The notes under the pieces are model-generated. The model was not told the DNA's origin, searched no databases, and saw only the letters and a program-made list of their open reading frames with translations. A stretch of DNA of 63,323 nucleotides, the filler included, from Sphacelaria rigidula (lineage: Eukaryota), in assembly GCA_964200075.2 (NCBI GenBank). It is 5 parts of 5 records of this genome, joined end to end, with 100 filler letters (N's around TTAATTAATTAA, not from the genome) between each part and the next. Parts side by side here need not be neighbours in the genome. Positions count along the whole stretch, not along the records: positions 50,741 to 63,323 come from CAXNAA020003603.1; 4 more parts are not named here. One strand, written 5' to 3'. The translations under genes were made by a program, and so were the position numbers. Positions 60,244-63,323 of this stretch are shown in pieces. Positions within the stretch are counted from its first letter, which is position 1. The number at the start of each line of letters is the position of its first letter.

Positions 60244-61089
60244 TACTGCAGACCAGAACCAGAGTGCATCACGAAAGAGGAAGTGTTCCATCACGAAATA
60301 AAGTAGAGGGGGCATTGTTCGGGATCATGGACACCGGCGAGGATGGGCGGTTGGGTTGGCCATGGACGCTGGTGAGGACAAATGGGGGCGTCAGGAGGTC
60401 AACTTTGAAGAGGACCTTGCAGCGGAGAAGAGCAGAGCAGGCGGCGAATGGATCAAAGTTTCCCCGAAAAAACTTAGACCCCCGGGAAACGGCGGAAAAA
60501 ATCAAGAAGAAGAAAACCCTCGGTCTCGGAAAGTTGCGTAATGACCCATAGAACACTTGTGCGAAATTTCAGCGTCTGACTCCTCAAAACGGCGTGAAGG
60601 TCTACCGACGAGTGTTTTTTTGGGTCTTTTCCGTGTACCAGCCTGTAGGGTAGTCCCCGTCAAGTACGTGCAGCTGCATGATAAGCTGTCTGCTGAGATA
60701 TGAATGTGACATTTACATGAGCCTAGGTCATGAGATATTCTCTGAAGTATGACTATGGCTGCTTGACATATGATGCGTGTGCGATGAGGTGCAAAGGTCA
60801 CTTCCGACAACGAAGGCTGTGTGCTTGTAAACAATATCTGCCTTGAAGTCTCCAAGCCCTGGTGAGGAAGGAAGCCCTTAAGCTGTCCTGTGACCTTGTT
60901 CTGAGTCCATCAGGGATCTACAATGAACGTTTGACTCGTGCCCCACTGGTTTCTGGCAAAGGGCTCCCGCTGCGGAGAGTGTGGGTCGATTTTTGTACAC
61001 AGAGGTGTGCAGTCTGTCAGGCGAGGACGCTCGCTGTACAAAAGAGGGACAGCTAGGTTTGCTGGAAGCACTGCGTGAAGCTATTTCAG

Positions 61090-61660
61090 GACGAATGGCA
61101 GCGCGCGGGAGAGGTGGTGAGAGCGATACAGCAGATGAGGTGAAGTTTGAATTCACTGAGCTTGTGCCAAGCGGCTCGCTTAAAGCACCAGAGTACGGGC
61201 GGCATTTCAGTGAAAATGCGTCCAGACGGTTTGTCCATCAGTGTATGGAGTACGAGGAAGCCTTACAACTGAGCAACATGGAGCGCACTGTGCAGGCTGC
61301 CTTGCCAACAGTAACAGAACTCGTGCCCAAGCACATTCGCGCGCGTCTGTCATGTACAATTTTAGACGGATCGGTCCTCGATGACGGTTATCTGAAGGAG
61401 GCACTCGGCAGACATGCAAAATGTTGGAAATATACATAAATCGATCGTTCGATTGCTGCAGATGGTGTGCGTAAGGCATTGGCCTCCCGAAACGAGCCAA
61501 CCGCCATGGGTCGAATTGAAAGACAGTGGGGTACCCTCGAGGAGTATTTCGCCAATCATGCGAGCGTTGGGCGCGCGTTCCGCGATGATCAGACGTTTAG
61601 AGCAGGACCCACTCAAATTATGACGCGGGACTTGCTCGACAGTATGACCCCTCCCCCCCC
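61090..61660 (+). mobile_element. Possible decayed Ty3/Gypsy gag remnant
   Basis: Frameshifted, intronless, protein-like reading (RRFVHQCMEYEEAL..VTELVPKHIRARL..AMGRIERQWGTLEEYF). The resemblance is from recall only and no diagnostic motif is present. Confidence 0.3.
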
Positions 61661-61689
61661 CGCCCCAGACTTATCACAGATCACCGCCT

Positions 61690-63323
61690 AATATGAACAG
61701 AAAGCCAACATACACGAGCAAAAATAAATAGGCGGGGTGGGAAGTTATACGAACGGAGAATCGATAAACTAGATATGGAAGAAAAACAGCAAGAGTTCCC
61801 AAAGGAGATGACCCAAAACGCAGTGAAATTTTCCGAGCTGTTGGAACGCGTAGGTACAGTTGATACCGAAATGGAAAGAAACCGGGCAGGAGCGAGGATT
61901 GTAGAAGGATGGCAGCAGTTGGTCAAGAATACAGCGAGTAAAGACATAGGAAGTAAATTGATAGTATACAACAGAGCAGTAAAATGGTGGGGATGAGGAA
62001 GTAAAAGAGGCTATCAGAGTAAGGAACGAGGCCCACGCGAGATGGATGTCGAGCAAAAGTACGGTAGGATGGGAGGAGTATACTTGAGCTCGAGAGGAAG
62101 TAAAAAAGATGGTACAGCAGCAGAAGAAGGAAGTATGGGAAGACGTGGTGGATAAAGCAAATGAAGATTTCGATGGCGGAGTGAAACAAATGTGGGTGGG
62201 GAAAAGGGGAATTATGGGAAACCAGGCAAGGGAGATGGTTAACGGGATAGCCGCACTACGGGTACAGGACGGGAAAATGGTCAGCAGTTCGAAGGGAAAG
62301 AGAGAAGTGCTAGTCGAGCACTACCGTAAACTAGAAACACCAAAAACTGGTACGAACTTCGACATGGAATCCGAAAAAGAGATCAACGAGTAGGCAGAAG
62401 CAAATGTAGAGACGTCGAAACGGGAGGATAGTGGCTCGAAAGAATTGCAGAGAAAATTGCCAGATATGAAGTAAAGGAGTGCGTAGCTAAACTCAAGAAC
62501 AAAAAGGCAGCAGGGGCAGACGGAATAATGAATGAATTTCTGAAGCACGGGGGGGCAGGAATGATTACCACGATGGTCATGCTGTACAACTGGATCTGGG
62601 AAAACAAGTACACGCCCAAGAGATGGAGAGAAAGGAGTAGTGGTCAATCTTTTCAAAAGGGAGACAAGGCTGACCCAGGGAACTACAGAGGGATAACGCT
62701 ACTGAGCACGGTAGCAAAAAACGTTTTGTAAGATTCTGAATGTTCAAGTAGGAACGATGCTAGAAAAGGAAGACAAAATCAGCGAGGCACAAGCAGGATT
62801 TAGACCTAACCGTGGTTGCGTAGATCATATGTACACAATAGGTGAGATTACTCAAAATAGGAAGGACGCCGGGCTGACAACGTACTGTTTCTTTCTGGAC
62901 GTGCAAAAGGCTTATGGCACAATATGGAAAAAATGGGCTGTGGAAAAAGTTGTGGGAAACTGAGATCAGAGGAAAGATGTGGAGAATGGGAAATATGATG
63001 ACAGAATGTGCCAAAAGCTCCATGATGCTAGACGGGAAAATATCGCAATATTTTGATATCTTACGAGAAGTTGCAGAAGGATGTACATCATCACCCACAT
63101 TATTCGAGGTATTCATTAATGGCTTGATAATAGCAATAGAAGCAGAAAAGCGAGGGGTCGAAGTGGGTGAAGATGTGGTATCAGGATTGATGTTCGCAGA
63201 TGATTTTGTGGGGACTTCAGAATACCAGAAGGATTGCAAAAACAGATAGACAAGGCGCTAGAATACACTAGGGAATGGAGAGTGACAGCGAACGTCAACA
63301 AATGCGCGGTATTCGTCTGTAAC
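61690..63323 (+). mobile_element. Decayed LINE (non-LTR retrotransposon) RT ORF, running off the window end
   Basis: KWW*DEEVK, KNKKAAGADGI, KGDKADPGNYRGITLLS, QAGFRPNRGC.DH, FLDVQKAY, GC..SPTLF and GLMFADDFVG occur across several frameshifts. Confidence 0.93.

Overview
This is eukaryotic, intron-rich, repeat-rich DNA that looks like a brown alga or related stramenopile (inferred from gene structure and transposon content). It is not one locus. Four identical 100-nt N/TTAATTAATTAA/N linkers split it into five pieces of 12587, 12585, 12584, 12584 and 12583 nt, which looks like unplaced contigs sorted by length, so adjacency across linkers means nothing. Contig 1 has two exons of a cytochrome b561 gene; the ~8-kb intron between them holds LINE fragments and a degenerate Ty1/Copia element with both LTRs and a TSD. 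Contig 2 has a complete 4-exon mitochondrial ISCU gene with a GC-AG intron. Contig 3 has 8 exons of a WDR5-like gene with an altered WIN pocket and a long Ala/Pro tail. Contig 4 has the first 4 exons of an Orai (CRAC channel)-like gene, whose introns hold a gag-only LTR element with an internal foldback and tRNA-derived SINE-like repeats. Contig 5 has no recognisable intact gene: decayed F-box-like repeats, MITEs, a Helitron-like repeat, a 42-bp palindromic minisatellite split by a Harbinger-like MITE, and a decayed LINE. The most unusual observation is that two Copia-type elements with unrelated LTRs both carry the same palindrome, CGCTAGCG, where a tRNA primer-binding site should be.
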